From a virus (lineage: Duplodnaviria; Caudoviricetes), in IMG/VR virus record IMGVR_UViG_3300032260_000005, positions 1 through 56,348 of that record: DNA of 56,348 nucleotides. One strand, given 5' to 3'. Positions within the stretch are counted from its first letter, which is position 1, and each line of letters starts with the position of its first letter. The notes beneath the pieces were generated by a model, which was not told where the DNA came from, ran no database searches, and was given only the letters and a program-made list of their open reading frames with translations. The position numbers and the translations under genes were made by a program. Shown here piece after piece: positions 7,140-14,712 of this stretch.

Positions 7140-7372
7140 GAACCCATGAGACTATTTATCTAATCCCTACTGAGGAAGGTATGGAGTGGTGTGTTGGCCC
7201 AGCACCCGGTAACGATATGGAAGAAAATTACTCGGTCAGATATGTTAGATCTGACATCCATGAAATGGAGCTAAAGCGACTGAGCGACATGCTTTTAATT
7301 GAGCGAAAGGCACATATCAGAGTGAAAGCACGGGTTGAAGAGGCTGTGGCCACACTTAATAAAATATACTGA
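7064..7372 (+). CDS. Cassette ORF, hypothetical protein
   Basis: 102 aa; N-terminal about 25 aa encoded by attC. Confidence 0.7.
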   Translation: MNENETAETTPAAELEASALNNLVMRTHETIYLIPTEEGMEWCVGPAPGNDMEENYSVRYVRSDIHEMELKRLSDMLLIERKAHIRVKARVEEAVATLNKIY

Positions 7373-7373
7373 C

Positions 7374-7462
7374 GCATAACGATTAATTGAGGAGCGCGGC
7401 GCTCCCAAGCTTGAACAAAACGCCGCTAATTAAACCGCGTCTGCTCGAATGACGTGTTATAC
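7374..7462 (-). repeat. attC-like site
   Basis: GCATAAC, ATTGAG ... CTCGAAT, GTTATAC. Confidence 0.85.
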
Positions 7463-7483
7463 AGCGAGATTATTTAGGAGACT

Positions 7484-7807
7484 ATGATGGATATACAAAG
7501 ACTGAGAAACCTAACCACAGGTAGATTGCACACGGAAATGGGCCATATTTACGAAGACCTCGGCATGCTCACTGGTGAAGAAGGATTGATGACTCATATG
7601 CTGCCAAGAGCAATGAAGGCGGTTGAGCCATGGCTGCGAGAGAACGTGAAGGATGGGCGATTTTGGGATGACGAATACGACACCACCCATGTTGGCGAGT
7701 ATGACTTGCCAGTACCAACTGAGGCAGACCAGAAAGTTTTCCTTGAAAGATATGCAGAAATGCCAAACCCATTAGCTGGAAAAGAGGTGATAGGGGCAGC
7801 TGTATAA
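7484..7807 (+). CDS. Cassette ORF, hypothetical phage protein
   Basis: 107 aa, AGGAG RBS, TAA at crossover. Confidence 0.75.
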   Translation: MMDIQRLRNLTTGRLHTEMGHIYEDLGMLTGEEGLMTHMLPRAMKAVEPWLRENVKDGRFWDDEYDTTHVGEYDLPVPTEADQKVFLERYAEMPNPLAGKEVIGAAV

Positions 7808-7933
7808 CATCGCAATTAACCCGACCACGGGCAGACAAATAAGGACTATATGAAATGACTAAATCGAACGAAAGCAACCAAACAGAAAACGAGCACCACA
7901 GTAGTGGGTCGGCGTTGAATTGCCTTGTTATGC
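7802..7933 (-). repeat. attC-like site containing RBS and start codon
   Basis: GTATAAC, AATTAAC ... GTTGAATT, GTTATGC; GCTGTATAAC complements GTTATACAGC at 7456. Confidence 0.9.
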
Positions 7934-8217
7934 CTACCGATATGAAGGTGCATCTTGTAGAGGTTTTTTATCAGCGCGGTGACCCTGCTTTTACATGCGG
8001 ATCAATTGGCCACTGGTGTATAGAGAATTTATTAACCATTGAAGCTCAAGTTAATGATGGGATGGATGATGAAGACAAGGCCAATCTTTTTACTGATGGA
8101 GATGGATCATATCTTTTTGACATGAGTTTTGAGCCGCCAGATTATGAGTTAGGCGGCATAGGTGATGGATACTGGTATTTCGAGAAAGTTAAATACAAGC
8201 CTGTGATTAAGGCATAA
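7855..8217 (+). CDS. Cassette ORF, acidic hypothetical protein
   Basis: 120 aa; starts in attC; TAA at crossover. Confidence 0.7.
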   Translation: MTKSNESNQTENEHHSSGSALNCLVMPTDMKVHLVEVFYQRGDPAFTCGSIGHWCIENLLTIEAQVNDGMDDEDKANLFTDGDGSYLFDMSFEPPDYELGGIGDGYWYFEKVKYKPVIKA

Positions 8218-8298
8218 CGTTTAGTTGAGGTGCTGCCAGCACCGACAATAAAGAAAGGCGCTAATGGTGGCGCAGTCAGCTCTAACGGCTTGTTAGGG
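8212..8298 (-). repeat. attC-like site (same family as 937/2031/4007, inverted)
   Basis: GCATAAC, TTTAGTTGAGGTGC ... GTTAGGG. Confidence 0.8.
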
Positions 8299-8319
8299 TG
8301 CATTTTAAGAGTAACGATC

Positions 8320-8520
8320 ATGACAAAAGAAGAATTAGTAGATGAATTCTCAGAGCTTGCAAAGGCTGACATAGAGGGGGCTTTACAGGTTATCACCGGC
8401 CTTTTTGTTGGACTGAATGTGGCGTTTGTAGAGCTACGGGGTAACGACGGGGATGGCAGTAAACAGATAACAATAGATGGGCCTGAGGGGCAGCGAAAGA
8501 TTACGATCCATGCAGCATAA
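8320..8520 (+). CDS. Cassette ORF, hypothetical protein
   Basis: 66 aa from ATG 8320 (track start 8230 lies in attC). Confidence 0.6.
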   Translation: MTKEELVDEFSELAKADIEGALQVITGLFVGLNVAFVELRGNDGDGSKQITIDGPEGQRKITIHAA

Positions 8521-8598
8521 CACTTAATTAATTTGCGGCGCATTGATGCATATACGACCGCGAATGAAGAATACGTCAAATTTAATGTTTTGTTATTT
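8515..8598 (-). repeat. attC-like site (partly eroded)
   Basis: GCATAAC ... GTTATTT with AT-rich arms. Confidence 0.7.
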
Positions 8599-8619
8599 TG
8601 CGAGATCGAGGAAACAGAA

Positions 8620-8853
8620 ATGAATAGAAGATTATTTGTGAAAGGTGCGGTTGCCTTAGCTATTGTCCCAGGTGTTGTTTTGAGTGCCAATAAACCAAGA
8701 TTGCACACTTTTTCCAACCTAGTTGGTGTAGACGGCAAACCGATCACTGTGGAGATATACCCAGAGCAAGAGGCATCATTTGCAACTGCTGGCAGGGCCG
8801 GGAGACACAGCGCATTAAACCTGGACAAGCTATGCAGGGCACGGAGGGACTAA
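8620..8853 (+). CDS. Cassette ORF with twin-arginine signal-like N-terminus
   Basis: MNRRLFVKGAVALAIVPGVVLSA; GAGGA RBS; followed by 41-aa membrane ORF 8853-8978. Confidence 0.6.
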   Translation: MNRRLFVKGAVALAIVPGVVLSANKPRLHTFSNLVGVDGKPITVEIYPEQEASFATAGRAGRHSALNLDKLCRARRD

Positions 8854-8980
8854 TGCTAGCGTATCTAGAAATGGTATTGACAGCGTTTATATTTATTGCA
8901 ATAGGGGCTATTAGCGTAGAGCTGATAGCAGTAAAGCTAGGGCTGTTACCAGGGGTGAAACTCCCTTGGGACGATTAGCC

Positions 8981-9068
8981 AAATAACATTCAAAATCAGG
9001 AGCGGCACTCGGTGCCTGCTTAAAAACCACAACGCTTAAACCCGTCTGCTGAATTTTGTTGGTTAGGC
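8981..9068 (-). repeat. attC-like site
   Basis: AAATAAC, CAAAATCAG ... CTGAATTTTG, GTTAGGC. Confidence 0.8.
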
Positions 9069-9099
9069 GATTTGATGAACCGGAAACTAGGAGCTGAAA

Positions 9100-9330
9100 A
9101 TGGAAAAACAAGATATTAAGAAGGGCGACTTGGTGCAACTGAACCCGGAAACCGTGGGTAATAAGATGTTCACAGCATGCATTATGGTAATTACTGAGCC
9201 TAAGCCATGGGGCGCGCAAGGGTATGTGCAAGCTTTTGGCGTTGAAGGTGGGCGCGGTGGCCAAGCATATTACAGGGCTAAATGGGAAGAGATGGAGTTA
9301 GTAGGGCATGCTGAATGGGTTGCAGCCTAA
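9100..9330 (+). CDS. Cassette ORF, small SH3/KOW-like beta-barrel protein
   Basis: IKKGDLVQL N-terminus; AGGAG RBS; TAA at crossover. Confidence 0.7.
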   Translation: MEKQDIKKGDLVQLNPETVGNKMFTACIMVITEPKPWGAQGYVQAFGVEGGRGGQAYYRAKWEEMELVGHAEWVAA

Positions 9331-9448
9331 CATCGTGCTTAACCTGGCCACGGCCAGACAACACTGGACACTATGAATATGAACAGTACAACTGAAACCA
9401 AAACCAAACACCGCAGTAGTGGATCAGCGTTGAAGCACCTGGTTATGC
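9325..9448 (-). repeat. attC-like site containing start codon (related to 7802-7933)
   Basis: GCCTAAC, GCTTAAC ... GTTGAAGC, GTTATGC. Confidence 0.9.
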
Positions 9449-9864
9449 GTGATCCTAGCGCCCAAATTAAAGCATGGATTAATGATAGCTATGAGCAATG
9501 GCAATTTTGGCTAACTGTAGTTTCTGCTGAAAATTATGATGGACTAGATAAAACAAAAGAGCAGGCAGAAAACTTGGTTGGCTACTACGAAGGCCAATAT
9601 GACCTAGCTTGTGATGTGCGTGATTTTGTTTCCCAGCAAACAGTAAGTGATGGCAACGCTTTTGACCTTGGTACAACTTTTAAAAAACAAGGTCGCAAAG
9701 ACAAGGATCGAATCTACACGGTAGAAGATATTTACACCACAACCAATATAGCTGGGCATGTAGTTAAGCAGCGGTACGTTGCATCATCCACCTTCTGCGG
9801 GCAGAAAGTAACTGATAGAGATATACCCAGCGCAACTATAGCTAGGGGACGGTGTGACGCATAA
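9373..9864 (+). CDS. Cassette ORF, hypothetical protein
   Basis: 163 aa; starts in attC; TAA at crossover. Confidence 0.7.
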   Translation: MNMNSTTETKTKHRSSGSALKHLVMRDPSAQIKAWINDSYEQWQFWLTVVSAENYDGLDKTKEQAENLVGYYEGQYDLACDVRDFVSQQTVSDGNAFDLGTTFKKQGRKDKDRIYTVEDIYTTTNIAGHVVKQRYVASSTFCGQKVTDRDIPSATIARGRCDA

Positions 9865-9947
9865 CAACGTAAATAACCGGGCGCGTGCCCAACTTTAAAT
9901 AAAACCACTACTGACGGGGCGCTCCGAGTTGATTTGCCTTGTTAGGT
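9859..9947 (-). repeat. attC-like site (related to 6608-6696)
   Basis: GCATAAC, AAATAAC ... GTTGATTT, GTTAGGT. Confidence 0.9.
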
Positions 9948-9963
9948 TACAGGAGAAACAACC

Positions 9964-10266
9964 ATGAAAGCTATAGGCTACACAGTAAGCACCGTTGTAA
10001 TAATGTTTTTGCTATGCGTATTTAGTGGATACACGTTAAGCATTTTGTGGCAGTGGTTTGTTATGCCAATATTCCCTGCCCCAGAGCTTACGATACCGAC
10101 CGCTATCGGCCTTGCCATGATAGTTACCTATTTGACTCATCAGGACACCAAGAGCGATACAGAAGGGAAAGGATATGGAGAGATACTTCTGGAGATGACA
10201 TTAAAAGGCATTGGCAGACCAGCTGGCGCTTTATTCTTTGGCTGGATAGTAACTCTGTTTTTGTAA
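9964..10266 (+). CDS. Cassette ORF, membrane protein (about 3 TM segments)
   Basis: Hydrophobic stretches; AGGAG RBS. Confidence 0.75.
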   Translation: MKAIGYTVSTVVIMFLLCVFSGYTLSILWQWFVMPIFPAPELTIPTAIGLAMIVTYLTHQDTKSDTEGKGYGEILLEMTLKGIGRPAGALFFGWIVTLFL

Positions 10267-10363
10267 CCTAACAGGTAATATTCGGCACTCGACTGAATTA
10301 CTCAGGTATTAATCGCTCCGCAGCCTTAACTGTTGTGCTGATTGCGGGATATTCGGCAGGCAA
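10267..10363 (-). repeat. Candidate attI-like site, inverted copy of 49210-49307
   Basis: Near-identical 97-nt inverted repeat whose identity ends at the GTTAGG core; TGTAACCTAAC complements GTTAGGTTACA at 9941. Confidence 0.65.
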
Positions 10364-10382
10364 TAATTAGGAGAAAATTAAC

Positions 10383-10601
10383 ATGGCAAAAATCAGAATC
10401 TCCAAATTTAGTTTCCGCAAAGAATGCGAGGAAACAAAAACTATCACCGCTTTCGTGCTGTTTAGAGGCCATAACGTAGGCATAGCAAGGGTTAATGGCA
10501 AGTGGTGGTTTGCTAATGACACGCTACCTGAGCTGACAAAAGAGGAGCAGGAATATTGCGCACAAATGAACTTCGAGGCAGAACAATGCGATACCCAATA
10601 A
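10383..10601 (+). CDS. Hypothetical protein
   Basis: 72 aa, AGGAG RBS. Confidence 0.6.
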   Translation: MAKIRISKFSFRKECEETKTITAFVLFRGHNVGIARVNGKWWFANDTLPELTKEEQEYCAQMNFEAEQCDTQ

Positions 10602-10688
10602 CAGACGTTAAGCACCTTGGCCGGTCACGCTTTCAGAAGTGGCTAGACAGGATTATTGAATTTTTAAACCAACCAGGAAAACCATGAT

Positions 10689-10991
10689 ATGGCAAAGCGA
10701 CTAGTAGCAAAAATTGACACATATGAAAAAGACGGGCAAACGAAAGGCAAATATGTAGAGGTTGGTGTTATCTTGCCAAGCGATAACGGGGAATACGCGC
10801 TAATCCATCCTCATATTGACTTTGCTGGACTACTCATACAGCAACGATTGCTTAATCCAGGCAAGGCCGGAAAGAGCGTATTGTGTTCAATATTCGAGAA
10901 TGATGGCGGTAATCGCCCTACCGAAAATTCAGCACCTTCTTCACCTGCCCCAGCATCGGTTGCTGATTTTGATGACGATATTCCATTCTAG
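10689..10991 (+). CDS. Single-stranded DNA-binding-like protein
   Basis: Beta-rich core, Pro/Ala linker, C-terminal DFDDDIPF tail. Confidence 0.7.
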   Translation: MAKRLVAKIDTYEKDGQTKGKYVEVGVILPSDNGEYALIHPHIDFAGLLIQQRLLNPGKAGKSVLCSIFENDGGNRPTENSAPSSPAPASVADFDDDIPF

Positions 10992-11001
10992 GGAGAAGCC
11001 A

Positions 11002-11190
11002 ATGTCAAGAAAAGGCACAACACATTTAAGCAATAAAACACAGGCAGGAACCCCACCTTGCGAGCTTGGTTGCGAACACGTTATTGAATGCTTTGAGCTG
11101 CAAAAAGCATGTAGACAATACGTCAGATACCAGGCGCATGGGGATATTAAAGAAAACCTACCCCGTAAGCCTCGCAAGGATCTTTATTAG
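11002..11190 (+). CDS. Small Cys-containing hypothetical protein
   Basis: GGGAG RBS before ATG 11002. Confidence 0.5.
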   Translation: MSRKGTTHLSNKTQAGTPPCELGCEHVIECFELQKACRQYVRYQAHGDIKENLPRKPRKDLY

Positions 11191-11229
11191 CAATATGCTA
11201 ATAACCCAGAGCAGATAGGAAAGCTGATT

Positions 11230-11484
11230 ATGAAATTCGAAACCATCAACGGCATGCAGGCCATCACTGAGAATGGAAAGATAATAATGTGGGTGCTTAC
11301 TACATGTAATGGAAAATGGTGCTATGACGTCGTAGGAGCCAAAACAGACGTTAAGCCGGTGGATACTTATGACCAGGCTTTAAATGCAGCGCTTGATGAT
11401 TGGATGGATCTCCAGGTACACGCTGCGCATGTGGCAATAGTCGCAATGCTTATGGTTTTTCATTATTTCTTGACAGTTTTATAG
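11230..11484 (+). CDS. Hypothetical protein with hydrophobic C-terminus
   Basis: 84 aa, AGGA RBS. Confidence 0.5.
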   Translation: MKFETINGMQAITENGKIIMWVLTTCNGKWCYDVVGAKTDVKPVDTYDQALNAALDDWMDLQVHAAHVAIVAMLMVFHYFLTVL

Positions 11485-11498
11485 GAATCAGCCATGCT
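11470..11498 (+). promoter_or_regulatory. Sigma70-like promoter
   Basis: TTGACA-17 nt-CATGCT. Confidence 0.5.
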
Positions 11499-11550
11499 TT
11501 TAATCAGTGATTGTGGTGGTCACTTAGTAATTGGGATACATGGTACAGAG

Positions 11551-11653
11551 CCTCTTGAGTTGTCTTCTGGCTCCAATATAGCAACCGCAAAATCCATGTA
11601 TCCAATTCGCTATATTGGTCATCCACCCAGAAGGCAGCTCAAGGGGTTTTTTT
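11551..11653 (+). terminator. Long terminator/attenuator hairpin with internal alternative pairing
   Basis: CCTCTTGAGTTGTCTTCTGG pairs with CCAGAAGGCAGCTCAAGGGG, then T-tract. Confidence 0.65.
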
Positions 11654-11754
11654 ATGCCCCAAGAAAAACCTTCCAAATCACTCGCCAGAAATGCGAGATC
11701 TCATTCCGGTTCATTGTCCGGGTTTTCAAGAAAGCAATGATGAGTACGTTTAAT

Positions 11755-11975
11755 TGTGGAGCGGCGTGGAAAGCTGCGGCCTTGATCAATATTCGGTTAT
11801 GCGTAACCCATTATTATCAAGTCGCTGGAGACACGCGGGAAGTGCGGGAACAAGCGCACATCAGGGCAGGCGAAAGCCGATGAGGTTCCGGGTATCGGCA
11901 TAATCACCGCGAATGCGGCGAAGTCCCGAGAAGCGCACCGATACCATAGCTGGAGTAGCGTCCAGCCTCCACAAC
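11755..11975 (+). ncRNA. Candidate tRNA-like structured RNA with long insertions
   Basis: TGTGGAG/CTCCACA closing stem, GCGTG/CACGC arm, GCTGG-loop-CCAGC arm next to the 3' end. Confidence 0.4.
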
Positions 11976-12215
11976 TAAACGTATTCAACACAACGTACAG
12001 AAGCAACGTTTTTGAGCCGATCGTTAAACAGGTTTTATCTTGGAGACACAAGGAGAGTCCAGATGGTGCGGATTAATACCAGAGACCCACAAGATCTCAA
12101 AATTAATTGCCTGATATATTGCTGCTGTAACTATGAGAGTAAAGAGGGCTGTTCCTTCCATATCCAAGGTACGGCTCTAAAGTGACAACTATTGTCTAAA
12201 TAACTGGAGAAGGAA

Positions 12216-12509
12216 ATGGATGACAAATTAAAAGTGAAATTATACTTTCTGATGGGTGGCAAGCATCAGAAAAATGAGATTGAAGTAGAGACACATGAAC
12301 CATACACGCCTGAAGACTGGGGGGTTACTGTTGCAACAACAACGATAGAGATACCTTTGCCAGATGTCAGTAGGGCAGAAATGACTAATAAAATGGTCGG
12401 AATTCTGGAGGCCAAAAAGAAGAAAAAGCAGGCCGAATGTCAGCTTGAACTTAATGAGATCGACAAGAAAATAGGCGAATTACTAGCACTCGAAGCGCCA
12501 AAGGAATAG
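12216..12509 (+). CDS. Hypothetical phage protein with coiled-coil C-terminus
   Basis: 97 aa, GGAG RBS. Confidence 0.7.
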   Translation: MDDKLKVKLYFLMGGKHQKNEIEVETHEPYTPEDWGVTVATTTIEIPLPDVSRAEMTNKMVGILEAKKKKKQAECQLELNEIDKKIGELLALEAPKE

Positions 12510-12516
12510 CAATCAT

Positions 12517-12602
12517 GGCAGCGAACAGCAACCGGCAAACCTGCAACTAAGTAGTGAGGTCGGAAGGGCGTACATTGGGTTTGAGTCCTGACGCTGGCAC
12601 CA
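12517..12602 (+). ncRNA. tRNA-like element or pseudo-tRNA
   Basis: GGCAGCG/CGCTGGC stem (6/7) + A + CCA; T-arm-like GGGTTTGAGTCCT; D and anticodon arms non-canonical. Confidence 0.4.
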
Positions 12603-12627
12603 AACAAGCAACTATGGAGAAACGAGC

Positions 12628-12831
12628 GTGATCACCAACTTCGGAGACAGGAAAGAGTGTCAACAAACGGGGATTATTACGGCTTTTGTAGACGATGATG
12701 ACCATCCATGCGCGGTAGTTAGGCAGGGAATGGTTTGGATGTTTATGGATGAAAGCCTCCGCATTCTAACAACAGAAGAGCAGGAATACTGTTCAATAGA
12801 GAACTTTAAGATGGAGAATGGAGATGAATGA
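12628..12831 (+). CDS. Hypothetical protein
   Basis: 67 aa, GGAG RBS, GTG start. Confidence 0.55.
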   Translation: MITNFGDRKECQQTGIITAFVDDDDHPCAVVRQGMVWMFMDESLRILTTEEQEYCSIENFKMENGDE

Positions 12832-12968
12832 ATTCGCAGATGACTTTCTAAGAGGTCAGCAAGATTGCATTAATGGAAAGCCTCACAAGCAAGGTGAATC
12901 AGATGCATATGATAGAGGCTTTGCTACTCAGTATGCAATGGAGCAGCAGCTAACAGAGGCCACTAAAA

Positions 12969-13454
12969 ATGACAGATGACCATCAAGATCTAGCGGATAG
13001 GCTGAAAGAGCCGTTTCCAGTTAAATCGATACATTGGCGAATTGGCGCAAGAACGAGAGATAAGACCAAAGGGATAGCCCTCGCTTATATCGATGCCAGG
13101 GACGTTATGCACAGGCTTGACACAGTGGCTGGGCCTCTTAAATGGCAGTGCAGATATTCACACGTTACAGCTAAAGGCGTTATCTGTGAGATTGGTATAC
13201 ATGTTGATGGTGAGTGGATATGGAGGGCAAATGGCGCTGGTGACACAGATGTTGAGGCTGAAAAGGGCGCAATGTCAGACGCATTTAAACGAGCCGCTGT
13301 GATGTGGGGTATTGGTCGTTATCTCTATATGCTGCCTAATACGTGGGTAGCTCTAGAAAATGAAGGGAAGAAGCTCTCAGGCACACCTAATCTGCCTGCA
13401 TGGGCTACACCTGAAGGCTATAAGGCAGCACTTGAAAAAAGGAGCGCAAAATGA
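12969..13454 (+). CDS. Rad52/Sak-like single-strand annealing recombinase
   Basis: LAYIDARDVMHRLD ... EAEKGAMSDAFKRAAVMWGIGRYLY. Confidence 0.9.
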   Translation: MTDDHQDLADRLKEPFPVKSIHWRIGARTRDKTKGIALAYIDARDVMHRLDTVAGPLKWQCRYSHVTAKGVICEIGIHVDGEWIWRANGAGDTDVEAEKGAMSDAFKRAAVMWGIGRYLYMLPNTWVALENEGKKLSGTPNLPAWATPEGYKAALEKRSAK

Positions 13455-14134
13455 ACCTATACATCGACATCGAAACGATCCCATCCCAGCAACAATGGGT
13501 TAAAGATGAGATAGCAAAAACCATCGCAGCTCCGGCTCAGTACAAGAAACCAGACAGTATTGCCAGGTGGCTTAAGGATAACAGAGAGTCAGCAGCTGAT
13601 GATAAGTGGCGTAATACTTCGTTTGACGGATCGCTTGGTGAGATTGTCGCTATTTCATGGGCTACTGATGGAGGCTTGCCTAAAGTTGTTAGCAGGGGGC
13701 TTGGTGAGTCTGAAGCAAATATGCTTGATGATTTTTTTAGAAGCGTAACGCTTGACCTAACAGATAAGCAAAATGTACTACATGAGCCAGTATGGATTGG
13801 TCATTACATCACCGGGTTTGATCTTCGTTTTTTGTGGCAGAGGTGCGTTCTTAATGACGTACATCCTACAATATCCATTCCTTATGCTGCAAAACCGTGG
13901 GATAAAGCAGTATTTGACACTAAAATTGAATGGTCAGGCATGCAATCAACTGGCTACGGATCTCTTGATATGGTCAGCAAAATTATGGGGTACGAAGGAA
14001 AGGGCGATATTGATGGATCAAAAGTATGGGATTATGTAAAAGACGGCAGAATCAAAGAGGTTGCAGAATATTGCAAAGATGATGTTGAGAAATGCAGGGC
14101 GCTCCATAGAAGAATGATCTTTGCAGGGGCATAA
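13451..14134 (+). CDS. DnaQ/PolB-like 3'-5' exonuclease
   Basis: YIDIET (ExoI), GHYITGFDL (ExoII), YCKDDV (ExoIII). Confidence 0.88.
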   Translation: MNLYIDIETIPSQQQWVKDEIAKTIAAPAQYKKPDSIARWLKDNRESAADDKWRNTSFDGSLGEIVAISWATDGGLPKVVSRGLGESEANMLDDFFRSVTLDLTDKQNVLHEPVWIGHYITGFDLRFLWQRCVLNDVHPTISIPYAAKPWDKAVFDTKIEWSGMQSTGYGSLDMVSKIMGYEGKGDIDGSKVWDYVKDGRIKEVAEYCKDDVEKCRALHRRMIFAGA

Positions 14135-14223
14135 CCCATGAAACCAGAAACAAAACTAGCACAAAGAGCTGGGCTGCTCTATTTCACGTTGGCATTTCTT
14201 TCTATGCCTGTGGGTGGCTACTG

Positions 14224-14712
14224 ATGAGCAATGATGTTGAAGTTTTTAGGCTGACACATAAGACAGCATTGCAAAATGCAATCACAGAGATCCGGTCGCA
14301 CGATCTTGATGGCACTTATGAGGTCATCGTTAGAAAGATTGCAGCGGCAAAGACTTTAGCTCAATTGGGTGGCTTGTTTGGTTGTTGGAAAGAATACCTT
14401 GCAAACGAGACTGGGGAATCAGTCATTTACATCCATAGGATGTGGAAGGCAAAGTATCTATCACCTATTTACCATGATGATATTATTAACGAAAAGCCAT
14501 GCATTGATGAGGTTTATTGCTGGGCTGAGGCATTACATGCACACAGGGTTAGTGGAGATATGGAAAAGTACAAGGCATGTGCAAAGCGTATCTCTTTAAA
14601 GTGGGCCAACCTAGACCAAACCAGACGATATATGAACGCTATTGAAGCTGATTATCAATCACAGGAAATGCCGCTACCTGTATTGGATAAATTCAGGAAA
14701 TATTACAAATGA
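14224..14712 (+). CDS. NinB/Orf-like recombination accessory protein
   Basis: YEVIVRK...KTLAQ...W...LA pattern and C-terminal helix + LP; context. Confidence 0.5.
   Translation: MSNDVEVFRLTHKTALQNAITEIRSHDLDGTYEVIVRKIAAAKTLAQLGGLFGCWKEYLANETGESVIYIHRMWKAKYLSPIYHDDIINEKPCIDEVYCWAEALHAHRVSGDMEKYKACAKRISLKWANLDQTRRYMNAIEADYQSQEMPLPVLDKFRKYYK

Larger units (their letters stand above)
6206..10272 (-). mobile_element. attC gene-cassette array C, 10 cassettes; attC on - strand, ORFs on + strand
   Basis: 10 attC-like sites alternating with short ORFs, ending at the attI-like repeat 10267-10363. Confidence 0.88.

Noticed and set aside
8142-8828. 228-aa minus-strand ORF and other long antisense ORFs (803-1333, 21449-22129, 28531-29217, 48176-48730)
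   Set aside because: Shadow frames of better-supported genes, no RBS or motifs; some cross attC boundaries
21-9947. CRISPR array or simple terminators as explanation for the repeats
   Set aside because: Repeats are degenerate, variable in length, separated by whole ORFs, lack T-tracts and show cross-gene R'/R'' complementarity
11494-11883. 129-aa ORF
   Set aside because: Runs through a terminator and structured RNA region; start overlaps the -10 box, no RBS
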